Positions 1 to 7,030 of a stretch of 23,130 nucleotides of DNA are shown here, piece by piece. Every line of letters begins with the position of its first letter. The stretch's first letter is position 1. The position numbers and the translations under genes are program-made. The DNA is from an uncultured Erysipelotrichaceae bacterium. GTDB lineage: Bacteria > Bacillota_I > Bacilli_A > Erysipelotrichales > Erysipelotrichaceae. Location of the stretch: contig CAYNZZ010000017.1 of NCBI GenBank assembly GCA_964401865.1, forward strand, positions 1 through 23,130, written 5' to 3'. The notes under the pieces were generated by a model. The model saw nothing but the letters and a program-made list of their open reading frames with translations. It did not search any database and was not told the DNA's origin.

Positions 1-680
1 ACACTATTGAATTATCAACAAGACCATTAGAAAACTACATTGGTGATTTAGAAGTTTGGGATAAAGCAGAAAAAGCCCTTGAAAATGCATGTCATAGTGC
101 AGGCAAAGACTGCAAGATCAATCCTGGTGATGGAGCTTTCTATGGTCCAAAACTAGATTTCCACATTCAAGATTCTTTAGGAAGAGTATGGCAATGTGGA
201 ACAATACAATTAGATATGAATTTGCCTGAAAGATTTGATATCAATTATGTTGATGCTGATGGTAATAAGAAACGTCCGTTAATGCTTCATCGTGTTATTT
301 ATGGTTCAATCGAAAGGTTTATGGGTATCTTGATTGAACATTATGGCGGAGCTTTCCCATTATGGCTCGCTCCTGAACAGGTTAAGATAATTCCTGTTCA
401 CCATGAATTACACTTGGATTATGCATTAAAAGTTAAAGAAAAATTAGAAAAATCAGGTTTTAGAGTTTCTGTTGACGATAGAAATGAAAAACTTGGATAT
501 CGTATCAGAGAAGCACAAATGCATAAGATTCCGGTTCAGATTGTTGTCGGCGATGGCGAAATTAATGATGAAACAGTTAATGTTCGTCGTTTCGCATCAA
601 AAGACAGTAAGATTATGAAACTTGATGAGATGGTTGATAGCTTAATTACTGAAAGAGAAGAAAAACTTTATGTTCGTTAG
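1..680 (+). CDS. thrS: threonine--tRNA ligase, C-terminal part (5' end lies outside the window)
   Basis: The frame is open from nt 3 (TIELSTRPLENYIGDLEVWDKAEKALE...GAFYGPKLDFHIQDSLGRVWQCGTIQLD) and continues into the tracked ORF 216-680. This matches the class II catalytic core and the C-terminal anticodon-binding domain (IPVQIVVGDGE...) typical of ThrRS. Stop is TAG at 678-680. Confidence 0.9.
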   Translation, partial: TIELSTRPLENYIGDLEVWDKAEKALENACHSAGKDCKINPGDGAFYGPKLDFHIQDSLGRVWQCGTIQLDMNLPERFDINYVDADGNKKRPLMLHRVIYGSIERFMGILIEHYGGAFPLWLAPEQVKIIPVHHELHLDYALKVKEKLEKSGFRVSVDDRNEKLGYRIREAQMHKIPVQIVVGDGEINDETVNVRRFASKDSKIMKLDEMVDSLITEREEKLYVR

Positions 681-1599
681 AAAGTTTTTCATCCTTGCGA
701 TTAGTTTATTGCTTCTTACTTCATGCAAACCTGTTGCTAATAAAGATAGTCTTAATAACGATATCGATTATGAGTTTAGTATTATCTCTCCGAGTGGTGC
801 TCCAGCTTTATCTTTATTGGATTTTATTGATGATGAAACAATAACTTACGAGATTGTTGATGGATCTGATATATTGGCAGCTGAATTTTCTTCGGGAGAA
901 AAAGATTTTATTATCGCACCTATCAACCTAGGTATGAATTTAATTAATAAAGGTTCAGATTATACTTTAGTTTCAGTTTTGACATGGGGCAATTTATATT
1001 TAGTTAGCACTAATGAACATTTAAATTCCGATAAAGTTGCTGCATTTGGTGAAGCAGCAGTTCCTGGCAAAATTATTAGTACAATTGAAAGTTATTTTGA
1101 AGGTGTGCAAATTGATTATTTTGCATCGGTGCAGGAAGTTTCATCAGCGCTTTTGTCTGGTCAGTATGACACAGCCATCTTAGCTGAACCATTTCTCACT
1201 ATGACTAAAAATCAATGGTCCAGCACTCATGGAGAGGAATTAAACGAAATAGCTAATATTCAGGAAATCTATTCAGGTATTAAAGGACAATCATCTTATC
1301 CTCAAGCTGCCTTATTTGTAAAAACATCACTTTTGAGTTCTGATTTAGAAGCGGTAATGTCTTTTGCGAATAGAATGGATTCTTCTATTGATAAGTATAA
1401 CAATAATGAATCGGCGCTTAATGAACGTATTGATGAGATCGATTTAAGTTTATTGGGTTTCGCTAATAAGGATTTAATCAAACAATCATATAGTCGTATC
1501 GCTTTAGACTTTGTCTATGCCTATGATTGTGTTGATAGCGTTAATACTTTCTTGGATTTGTTTGAAATCGAATTAAAATCATCTACATATATTAAATAA
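670..1599 (+). CDS. ABC transporter substrate-binding lipoprotein (NMT1/SsuA/TauA-like, COG0715-type)
   Basis: The N-terminus MFVRKFFILAISLLLLTSC has a signal peptide and an L-T-S-C lipobox. The body (SPSGAPAL...APINLGMNLINKG...TWGNLYLVS) resembles NitT/TauT-family binding proteins. The start overlaps the thrS stop by 11 nt, and a permease gene follows directly. Confidence 0.7.
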   Translation: MFVRKFFILAISLLLLTSCKPVANKDSLNNDIDYEFSIISPSGAPALSLLDFIDDETITYEIVDGSDILAAEFSSGEKDFIIAPINLGMNLINKGSDYTLVSVLTWGNLYLVSTNEHLNSDKVAAFGEAAVPGKIISTIESYFEGVQIDYFASVQEVSSALLSGQYDTAILAEPFLTMTKNQWSSTHGEELNEIANIQEIYSGIKGQSSYPQAALFVKTSLLSSDLEAVMSFANRMDSSIDKYNNNESALNERIDEIDLSLLGFANKDLIKQSYSRIALDFVYAYDCVDSVNTFLDLFEIELKSSTYIK

Positions 1600-1600
1600 A

Positions 1601-2326
1601 ATGAAAAGAATGCATATTATATCAATCTTGACCATGGTATTAATTTACATTGTTGCATCTAACCTTGTAAATGTGTCTTTTATCTTGCCAAGAATAAGTG
1701 AAATTATGCATTCTTTTTTTGTGATTGTTTTGGATGTCAAATTTTTTTCTGCTGTATTTGCTACTATATATAGGTTTTTAATTGGAGTATCAATCAGCTT
1801 TATCTTGGCATTAGTGTTATCGGTTTTTTCGTTTTATTCGAAGAAATTTAGAGAATTTATGGAACCGATATATATATTTTTAAAAACTATACCAAATATA
1901 ACTTATATTATTGTTTCTATATTATGGTTAGGGAGAAATGGCAGTGTAATACTTGTCAGTTCACTTGTAATATTCCCGATAATGTATAATAGCTTTTTGA
2001 CAGCTTTTGAAAATATTGATCATGAGTTAATGCAAATCACAAGATTATATGACTTTAGTTTTTTATATAAATTAAGGGTTGTCTATCTTCCTTTGATTAA
2101 TAAATCGATGCTATTGGCTTTAAGTAATAGTTTATCTCTTGCGTTTAAAGTATCGGTAATGGCTGAAATATTAGGACAAGTAAGTGTTGGGATAGGTAAA
2201 CAGATATACTTTGCGAAGATAAACTATTTAATGGGTGATGTCTTTGCATGGACAATTATTATAATTATCATATCGGCCATTATTGATTTGATATTTAAAA
2301 TCATAATTAAAAAGATGAGTTATTAA
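1601..2326 (+). CDS. ABC transporter permease (BPD_transp_1, NitT/TauT family-like)
   Basis: 241 aa with about 6 predicted hydrophobic helices and an EAA-loop-like segment (ELMQITRLYDFSFLYKLRVVYLPL). The ATG lies 1 nt after the binding-protein stop. Confidence 0.8.
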   Translation: MKRMHIISILTMVLIYIVASNLVNVSFILPRISEIMHSFFVIVLDVKFFSAVFATIYRFLIGVSISFILALVLSVFSFYSKKFREFMEPIYIFLKTIPNITYIIVSILWLGRNGSVILVSSLVIFPIMYNSFLTAFENIDHELMQITRLYDFSFLYKLRVVYLPLINKSMLLALSNSLSLAFKVSVMAEILGQVSVGIGKQIYFAKINYLMGDVFAWTIIIIIISAIIDLIFKIIIKKMSY

Positions 2327-2338
2327 AGGGAGATTGAT

Positions 2339-2809
2339 ATGCGAAGAATTGATAGAGAAATAAAAAATCCCGCAACAATTAAGGATATTATCAATCGTTG
2401 CCAATACTGCCGAATTGGTTTTAACGATGAAGGTGAAGTTTATATTGTACCTTTAAGCTTTGGCTACGAATTGATCGAAGACAACTATATATTTTATTTT
2501 CATGGTGCTAAAGAAGGTCGGAAAGCTACTTTGATTAGAAAAAGTCCGACTGTCGGCTTTGAATTAGATACTAATTACGCTCTTAATGAATCGACAATCG
2601 CTTGTGGTTTTTCTACAAGCTTTCAAAGCATTATAGGAACGGGCATTATAAGTGAAGTGGTTGATAATGATGAAAAGTTAAAGGGTCTTTCAATTATTAT
2701 GAAACACTATACAGATAAATATAATTGGGAGTACAATAAAAAATTATTTGATGAAGTTATGATTTTTAAACTTCGAGTCTTAAAAATGGACTGTAAAGAA
2801 CATAAATAG
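2339..2809 (+). CDS. pyridoxamine 5'-phosphate oxidase family / Nim-like flavin-binding protein
   Basis: MRRIDREI...CRIGFNDEGEVYIVPLSFGYE...YFHGAKEGRKATLIRKSPTVGFE fits the Pyridox_ox_2/NimA-like split-barrel pattern. SD AAAGGGAG at 2326-2333. Confidence 0.75.
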   Translation: MRRIDREIKNPATIKDIINRCQYCRIGFNDEGEVYIVPLSFGYELIEDNYIFYFHGAKEGRKATLIRKSPTVGFELDTNYALNESTIACGFSTSFQSIIGTGIISEVVDNDEKLKGLSIIMKHYTDKYNWEYNKKLFDEVMIFKLRVLKMDCKEHK

Positions 2810-2824
2810 TTATTCTAGTTTAAA

Positions 2825-2848
2825 AAATATCGGTTTTTACCGATATTT
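2825..2848. terminator. Rho-independent hairpin after the Nim/PNPOx gene; probable ancestral bidirectional terminator shared with proS
   Basis: AAATATCGGT (2825-2834), TTTT loop, ACCGATATTT (2839-2848) form a 10-bp stem. The T-run at the 3' end of the stem on + corresponds to a T-run 3' of the stem on -. Confidence 0.6.
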
Positions 2849-2850
2849 TA
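2843..2850. repeat. Left copy of the 8-bp direct repeat ATATTTTA (candidate target-site duplication)
   Basis: It directly abuts the left terminal inverted repeat. An identical octamer at 3582-3589 abuts the right one. Confidence 0.6.
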
Positions 2851-2865
2851 TAAGGTATTACGAAT
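2851..2865 (+). repeat. Left terminal inverted repeat TAAGGTATTACGAAT
   Basis: 15/15 match to the reverse complement of 3567-3581. Confidence 0.8.
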
Positions 2866-3052
2866 TCGGGGATGGGCACTTTCTACCGATAAATAAAGGG
2901 CTTTCACCAGTTTTGAGGTCTTGAAATTCCTAAAAAGCACGGCAAAATATAATTTCTGGTGTAATGCTTGAAGAGCATCAATTCCAACAGACAATAGAGC
3001 CAAAACAAGAATAACTTCAGTGTGTTTGACTTCTATTTTTCCTTTTGCCACG

Positions 3053-3077
3053 AAAAAAGCAGGGTCCGAAACCCTGC
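3053..3077 (-). terminator. Rho-independent terminator of the small membrane-protein gene
   Basis: GCAGGGT (3059-3065) pairs with ACCCTGC (3071-3077) around a 5-nt loop. On the - strand the hairpin is followed by TTTTTT (complement of A-run 3053-3058), 26 nt downstream of the stop at 3103. Confidence 0.75.
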
Positions 3078-3102
3078 TTCTATTCGACTTATTGGACTTG
3101 GC

Positions 3103-3327
3103 TTACTTCTTTTTTACAAAGAACAAGGGAATTACACCAAATATAATTGCAACGACAAGAGATATCATCGTTTTGAAAAACACCATATGGGTGATACTCT
3201 TAAAGAATATTTCTATCGGTTCTGCTTCTAACTTAATTCTCATGCCAGGGATTGCAAAGCAAATAATCAAATAAGTTGCAATAAAGGCAATCAAAAACAA
3301 CACTATGGATACAGTTTTCTTTTTCAT
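3103..3327 (-). CDS. small two-TM membrane protein (74 aa), function unknown; cargo of the TIR element
   Basis: MKKKTVSIVLFLIAFIATYLIICFAIPG...MISLVVAIIFGVIPLFFVKKK has two hydrophobic helices with lysine-rich ends. SD AAGGAA lies about 10 nt upstream of the ATG at 3327. The tracked ORF starts 7 codons earlier at 3348 with no SD. It has its own terminator. Confidence 0.6.
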   Translation of the reverse strand: MKKKTVSIVLFLIAFIATYLIICFAIPGMRIKLEAEPIEIFFKSITHMVFFKTMISLVVAIIFGVIPLFFVKKK

Positions 3328-3369
3328 ATAAACACATTCCTTTATCAAATATAAGTTTGTCTACTACTT

Positions 3370-3398
3370 AGTATATTCGTAGTGTAGGGGAAAATCAA
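3370..3398 (-). promoter_or_regulatory. Candidate sigma-A promoter for the small membrane-protein gene
   Basis: On the - strand, TTGATT (3398-3393), a 17-nt spacer, then TATACT (3375-3370), about 40 nt upstream of the ATG. Confidence 0.45.
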
Positions 3399-3464
3399 TT
3401 CTCCTGTCATCAATTTTTGCCATATCTGAAGCCCTCTATATACTACTTTATGATACTTACACCC

Positions 3465-3493
3465 AAAATAGCATTTTGCCGTCCTTATGACAA
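3465..3493 (-). promoter_or_regulatory. Second, upstream candidate promoter (extended -10) inside the right subterminal repeat
   Basis: On the - strand, TTGTCA (3493-3488), a 17-nt spacer ending in TGC, then TATTTT (3470-3465). This gives a TGn extended -10. Confidence 0.35.
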
Positions 3494-3535
3494 AATTTTA
3501 CCTTATTTTTAAACTTTAGTCCTTAGAAAGTAGGC

Positions 3536-3565
3536 ATAAATAAAGGGGATTCTCAAAATCCCCCA
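3536..3565 (-). terminator. Rho-independent terminator now serving proS, located inside the element
   Basis: The - strand reads GGGGATT-TTGAG-AATCCCC followed by TTTATTTAT, about 30 nt downstream of the proS stop. Confidence 0.7.
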
Positions 3566-3566
3566 G

Positions 3567-3581
3567 ATTCGTAATACCTTA
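3567..3581 (-). repeat. Right terminal inverted repeat (ATTCGTAATACCTTA on +)
   Basis: Reverse complement equals 2851-2865 exactly. Confidence 0.8.
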
Positions 3582-3589
3582 ATATTTTA
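3582..3589. repeat. Right copy of the 8-bp direct repeat ATATTTTA (candidate target-site duplication)
   Basis: Identical to 2843-2850. It lies directly outside the right TIR, 6 nt from the proS stop codon. Confidence 0.6.
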
Positions 3590-3595
3590 TATGAT

Positions 3596-5290
3596 TTATT
3601 TACTTATTATTGATTGAACTACGCTTATGATATCTTCGATTTTAACTTCTTGAACTTCTTCTTTGCTTCTAAGCTTTAATTCAACATATCCATCATTTAC
3701 TTTTTTACCAACAGTAATTCTTAATGGGATACCAATTAATTCTGAATCATTGAATTTTACACCAGGTCTTTCATCTCTATTGTCTAGCAATACATCAATC
3801 CCTTGTGCTGTTAATTGGTTATATAATTCATTAGCAACTTCAACTTGCCTTTCATCCTTAGTAATAGCGATAATGATTTCAACTGGGTATGGAGCGATAT
3901 TTATAGGCCATATGATACCTTTATCATCGTGATTTTGTTCAACGATGGCTGCCATACACCTGCCTATTCCTATGCCGTAAGAACCCATCCAAACTAAGTT
4001 TGTCTTATTATCTTTATCTAAGTATGTTAAATCAAGGGCTTCAGAATACTTTGTTCCCAGTTTGAATGTATTACCGATTTCAATACCTTTTGTGAAACTT
4101 ATTGGTTTTCCGCAGATTGGACAAACATCTCCGTTGCTAGCTTGTCTAATATCGCCAATCATATGTGGTTCAAAGTCAGCTCTAGAAACGTTGATATAAT
4201 GGTAATCAGTTTTGTTGGCGCCGACAATATAATACTGCATTTTGCTTACTTCATCATCAAGAATGATAGGGCATTTAATATCAATTGGTCCAGCGAATCC
4301 CACTTTGGCATGAGTGACTTCTTCAACAGTTTCATTATCAGCTAAAATAACTTCGCTGACTTGCAAGAATTTTTGAAGTTTTACCTCCGATACTTCTCTA
4401 TCGCCTCTAACCATTACTGCGTAAGGTTTGTTGTCACATAGATATATCAGCGTTTTAACGAATTGTTCTTTTGGCTCATTTAAGAATGCGCATACTTCTT
4501 CGATAGTTCCGGCATTTGGTGTATGTACCATTTCTTTTTCTTTGTAAATTAATGGTGTAGGACGATCAGGATTAATACATTCACATACTTCGATATTTGA
4601 AGTAAAACCACAATGATCACAATATACTACCGTATCTTCGCCGATTGGTGTAATGGCTTGGAACTCTTCGGATAAAAGCCCGCCCATAACACCGGTATCA
4701 GCTTTCACTATACGATAGTCAATACCCATTTCGTCAAATGATTTCTTATATACATCGACCATCTTTTGATACGAAATATCTAGAGCTTGTTTATCGACAT
4801 CGAAACTATAAGCATCTTTCATAACGAATTCTTTTACTCTGATCAATCCAAAACGTGCTCTTGGTTCATCGCGATATTTTGTTTGGAATTGATATAAGTT
4901 AAATGGCATATTCTTGTATGAACGAATCATTGATTTTCCAGCTAGTACAAATAATTCTTCGTGAGTTGGTCCCAATACCATATCTTTATTAGTGCGATCT
5001 TTTAAACGGAAAATACTTGGACCGAAGTTTTTGATTCTTCCAGATTTTTCATAATATTCTTGGGCTATCAGAGCGGGCATTTTAATTTCTTGACAGCCAT
5101 AACTATTCATATGTTTACGTATAATTGACTCAATTTTTTCTTGAACCTTTAATCCTAAAGGCAACATCATATATATTCCGGCGCTAGTCTTTTTAATGTA
5201 ACCGGCTTTTACGAGCAGATTGCCACTCACTGAATCTTCATCTTTAGCATCTTCTCTTAATGTATAAAAATAAGCATCTTTTAATTTCAT
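3596..5290 (-). CDS. proS: proline--tRNA ligase (bacterial type with INS editing domain)
   Basis: 564 aa. MKLKDAYFYTLREDAKDEDSVSGNLLVKAGYIKK..., class II motifs (FRLKDR, YQFQTKYRDEPRARFGLIRVKEF, GSYGIGIGR) and a C-terminal anticodon-binding domain. SD GGAAGGAAA upstream. Confidence 0.95.
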   Translation of the reverse strand: MKLKDAYFYTLREDAKDEDSVSGNLLVKAGYIKKTSAGIYMMLPLGLKVQEKIESIIRKHMNSYGCQEIKMPALIAQEYYEKSGRIKNFGPSIFRLKDRTNKDMVLGPTHEELFVLAGKSMIRSYKNMPFNLYQFQTKYRDEPRARFGLIRVKEFVMKDAYSFDVDKQALDISYQKMVDVYKKSFDEMGIDYRIVKADTGVMGGLLSEEFQAITPIGEDTVVYCDHCGFTSNIEVCECINPDRPTPLIYKEKEMVHTPNAGTIEEVCAFLNEPKEQFVKTLIYLCDNKPYAVMVRGDREVSEVKLQKFLQVSEVILADNETVEEVTHAKVGFAGPIDIKCPIILDDEVSKMQYYIVGANKTDYHYINVSRADFEPHMIGDIRQASNGDVCPICGKPISFTKGIEIGNTFKLGTKYSEALDLTYLDKDNKTNLVWMGSYGIGIGRCMAAIVEQNHDDKGIIWPINIAPYPVEIIIAITKDERQVEVANELYNQLTAQGIDVLLDNRDERPGVKFNDSELIGIPLRITVGKKVNDGYVELKLRSKEEVQEVKIEDIISVVQSIISK

Positions 5291-5316
5291 GATATGTTTC
5301 CTTCCAATTGTAAGAA

Positions 5317-5325
5317 ATTATACCA
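5317..5325 (-). promoter_or_regulatory. Candidate extended -10 (TGGTATAAT) for proS
   Basis: The - strand reads TGGTATAAT about 25 nt upstream of the proS SD. The -35 is weak (TTTAAA-like). Confidence 0.4.
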
Positions 5326-5468
5326 TAATTAATATGATATTTAAATATTTCATATGGTTTAAAAGGTATGCATTCAGTCATATAGCAACTTGTTTAAAAA
5401 TAGATTATTTTATCGTGCATTTTATGTCTTATTGTGCTATCATATTTTAAAAATGAAAGGGAATGAAA

Positions 5469-6971
5469 ATGGCAAAGTACTTTAAAGATGTATCACGTAC
5501 ATTCAATGAATACCTTTTAGTCCCTGGTTATTCATCTCGTGAATGTACTCCAGACAAAGTTGATTTAAGCACTCCTTTAGTAAGATTTAAAAAGGGTGAA
5601 AAGAGTGAAATTGAACTTAAAATACCTATGGTAAGTGCAATTATGCAATCTGTTTCTGATGATAGAATGGCAATAGCGCTTGCTAAAGAGGGAGGGCTAT
5701 CGTTTATATATGGTTCTCAAACTGTTGAGAATCAAGCTGAAATGGTTAGAAGTGTAAAGAATCACAAAGCTGGTTTTGTAATTTCTGATTCTAATATCAA
5801 ACCCGATCAAACATTAAATGAGCTTATTGAATTAGTTGAAAGAACAGGACATTCAACTGTCGCTGTCACTGACGATGGTAAGAATCATGGTAAATTATTG
5901 GGTATTATCACTAGCCGTGATTATCGTTTAGGCCATGTTGATTTAAATGATCCGGTATCTAAATATATGACTAAACTTGAAGATTTGATTTATGGTCATG
6001 TTTCTTTAGATTTAAGCGAATGTAATGATTTAATTTGGGAAAAGAAATTAAATACACTTCCTATCGTTGATGACGAAGGAAGCTTGGTTTACATGGTGTT
6101 TAGAAAAGACTATGATTCACACAAAGATAATCCAAACGAATTATTAGATGAACACAAGAGATTTATCGTTGGTGCTGGTATCAATACTCGCGATTATGAA
6201 ACAAGAGTTCCTGCTTTGGTAAATGCAGGAGTCGATGTGTTATGTATTGATTCATCTGAAGGATATACTGATTTCCAAAAAGATACTATTGCATGGATTA
6301 AAGAGAAATATGACGGCAAGGTGAAAGTTGGCGCAGGTAATGTTGTTGACGCTGAAGGATTTAGATTCTTAGCTGAGGCAGGTGCTGACTTTGTTAAGAT
6401 TGGTATTGGTGGTGGTTCTATCTGTATCACTCGTGAAACAAAAGGTATTGGTAGAGGACAGGCTACTGCTGTAATTCATGTTGCAAAAGCTAGAGATGAA
6501 TATTTTAAAGAAACTGGCATTTATGTTCCAATTTGTTCTGATGGCGGAATCGTATTTGATCATCATATTTCTTTGGCTCTAGGTATGGGTGCTGACTTTG
6601 TAATGTTAGGAAGATATTTCTCTCGCTTTGAAGAGTCTCCAACATCTAAGATTATGATGAATGGTTCATACTATAAAGAGTATTGGGGTGAAGGCTCAAA
6701 TCGTGCTAGAAACTGGCAAAGATATGATTTAGGCGGTCAAAAGAAATTATCTTTTGAAGAGGGTGTAGATTCATATGTTCCTTATGCTGGGTTATTAAAA
6801 GATAATGTTGCCATTACTACATCTAAGATTAAATCAACAATGTGCAACTGTGGTGCTTTGACTATCCCAGAATTCCAAGAAAAAGCTAAATTCACTCTTG
6901 TTTCTTCGACTTCAATTGTTGAAGGCGGAGCACACGATGTTATTGTTAAAAATGCTAACAAGTCTAATTAA
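5469..6971 (+). CDS. guaB: IMP dehydrogenase (IMPDH/GMPR family with CBS pair)
   Basis: [20 protein letters not shown]..., CBS region, catalytic loop [12 protein letters not shown], and C-terminal GGAHDV. The ATG at 5469 has SD AAAGGGA at about 8 nt. The tracked start at 5463 sits too close to the SD. Confidence 0.9.
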   Translation: MAKYFKDVSRTFNEYLLVPGYSSRECTPDKVDLSTPLVRFKKGEKSEIELKIPMVSAIMQSVSDDRMAIALAKEGGLSFIYGSQTVENQAEMVRSVKNHKAGFVISDSNIKPDQTLNELIELVERTGHSTVAVTDDGKNHGKLLGIITSRDYRLGHVDLNDPVSKYMTKLEDLIYGHVSLDLSECNDLIWEKKLNTLPIVDDEGSLVYMVFRKDYDSHKDNPNELLDEHKRFIVGAGINTRDYETRVPALVNAGVDVLCIDSSEGYTDFQKDTIAWIKEKYDGKVKVGAGNVVDAEGFRFLAEAGADFVKIGIGGGSICITRETKGIGRGQATAVIHVAKARDEYFKETGIYVPICSDGGIVFDHHISLALGMGADFVMLGRYFSRFEESPTSKIMMNGSYYKEYWGEGSNRARNWQRYDLGGQKKLSFEEGVDSYVPYAGLLKDNVAITTSKIKSTMCNCGALTIPEFQEKAKFTLVSSTSIVEGGAHDVIVKNANKSN

Positions 6972-6992
6972 TTAGCTATATCATATCGAAAG

Positions 6993-7030
6993 AAAAAGCC
7001 AATGATTATTTACCATTGGCTTTTATTTTT
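6993..7030. terminator. Bidirectional terminator between guaB and rnhC
   Basis: GCCAATG (6998-7004) pairs with CATTGGC (7014-7020). An A-run lies upstream and TTTTATTTTTT downstream. The hairpin overlaps the last codons of rnhC. Confidence 0.65.

Larger units (their letters stand above)
2851..3581. mobile_element. 731-bp non-autonomous (MITE-like) element with TIRs and TSD, carrying a small membrane-protein gene
   Basis: Perfect 15-bp TIR TAAGGTATTACGAAT at 2851-2865, with its reverse complement at 3567-3581. The match extends imperfectly (TCGGGGAT vs CTGGGGGAT). ATATTTTA flanks both ends. No transposase-sized ORF lies inside. Confidence 0.6.

Noticed and set aside
2869-2900. GGGGATGGGC as a possible tmRNA 5' end, and ACTTTCTA-type motifs as a possible dif/Xer site
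   Set aside because: No tRNA-like acceptor/T-arm partner, tag ORF or pseudoknot context follows. The dif XerD-arm consensus (TTATGTAAA-like) is absent.
2848-3051. 67-aa - strand ORF (MAKGKIEVKHTEV...) in the supplied track
   Set aside because: Its start is a GTG that directly follows the T-tract of the 3053-3077 terminator, with no SD. It runs into the left TIR and ends at its edge, and its composition is unremarkable. It is most likely a chance ORF in the element's subterminal region.
3020-3274. Two overlapping + strand ORFs (84 aa and 69 aa) antisense to the small membrane-protein gene
   Set aside because: They have no SD, they read straight through the terminator hairpin, and they are antisense to a gene with much better start, stop and terminator signals.
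3364-3423. 19-aa upstream ORF on the - strand (MAKIDDRRIDFPLHYEYTK) with a GAGGG SD-like motif in the 5' region of the small membrane-protein gene
   Set aside because: It would only be transcribed from the more distal candidate promoter, and the proximal candidate promoter lies inside it. Without conservation data it cannot be told apart from chance.
3425-3445. CCCTCTATATAC resembling the 3' part of a preQ1-I riboswitch
   Set aside because: It is on the + strand, antisense to the only nearby gene. It lacks the A-rich tail and the paired 5' stem.
5291-5462. Possible T-box leader upstream of proS
   Set aside because: The 170-nt divergent region has no GGTGGTACC-type T-box sequence or terminator/antiterminator pair, only promoter-like elements and SDs.
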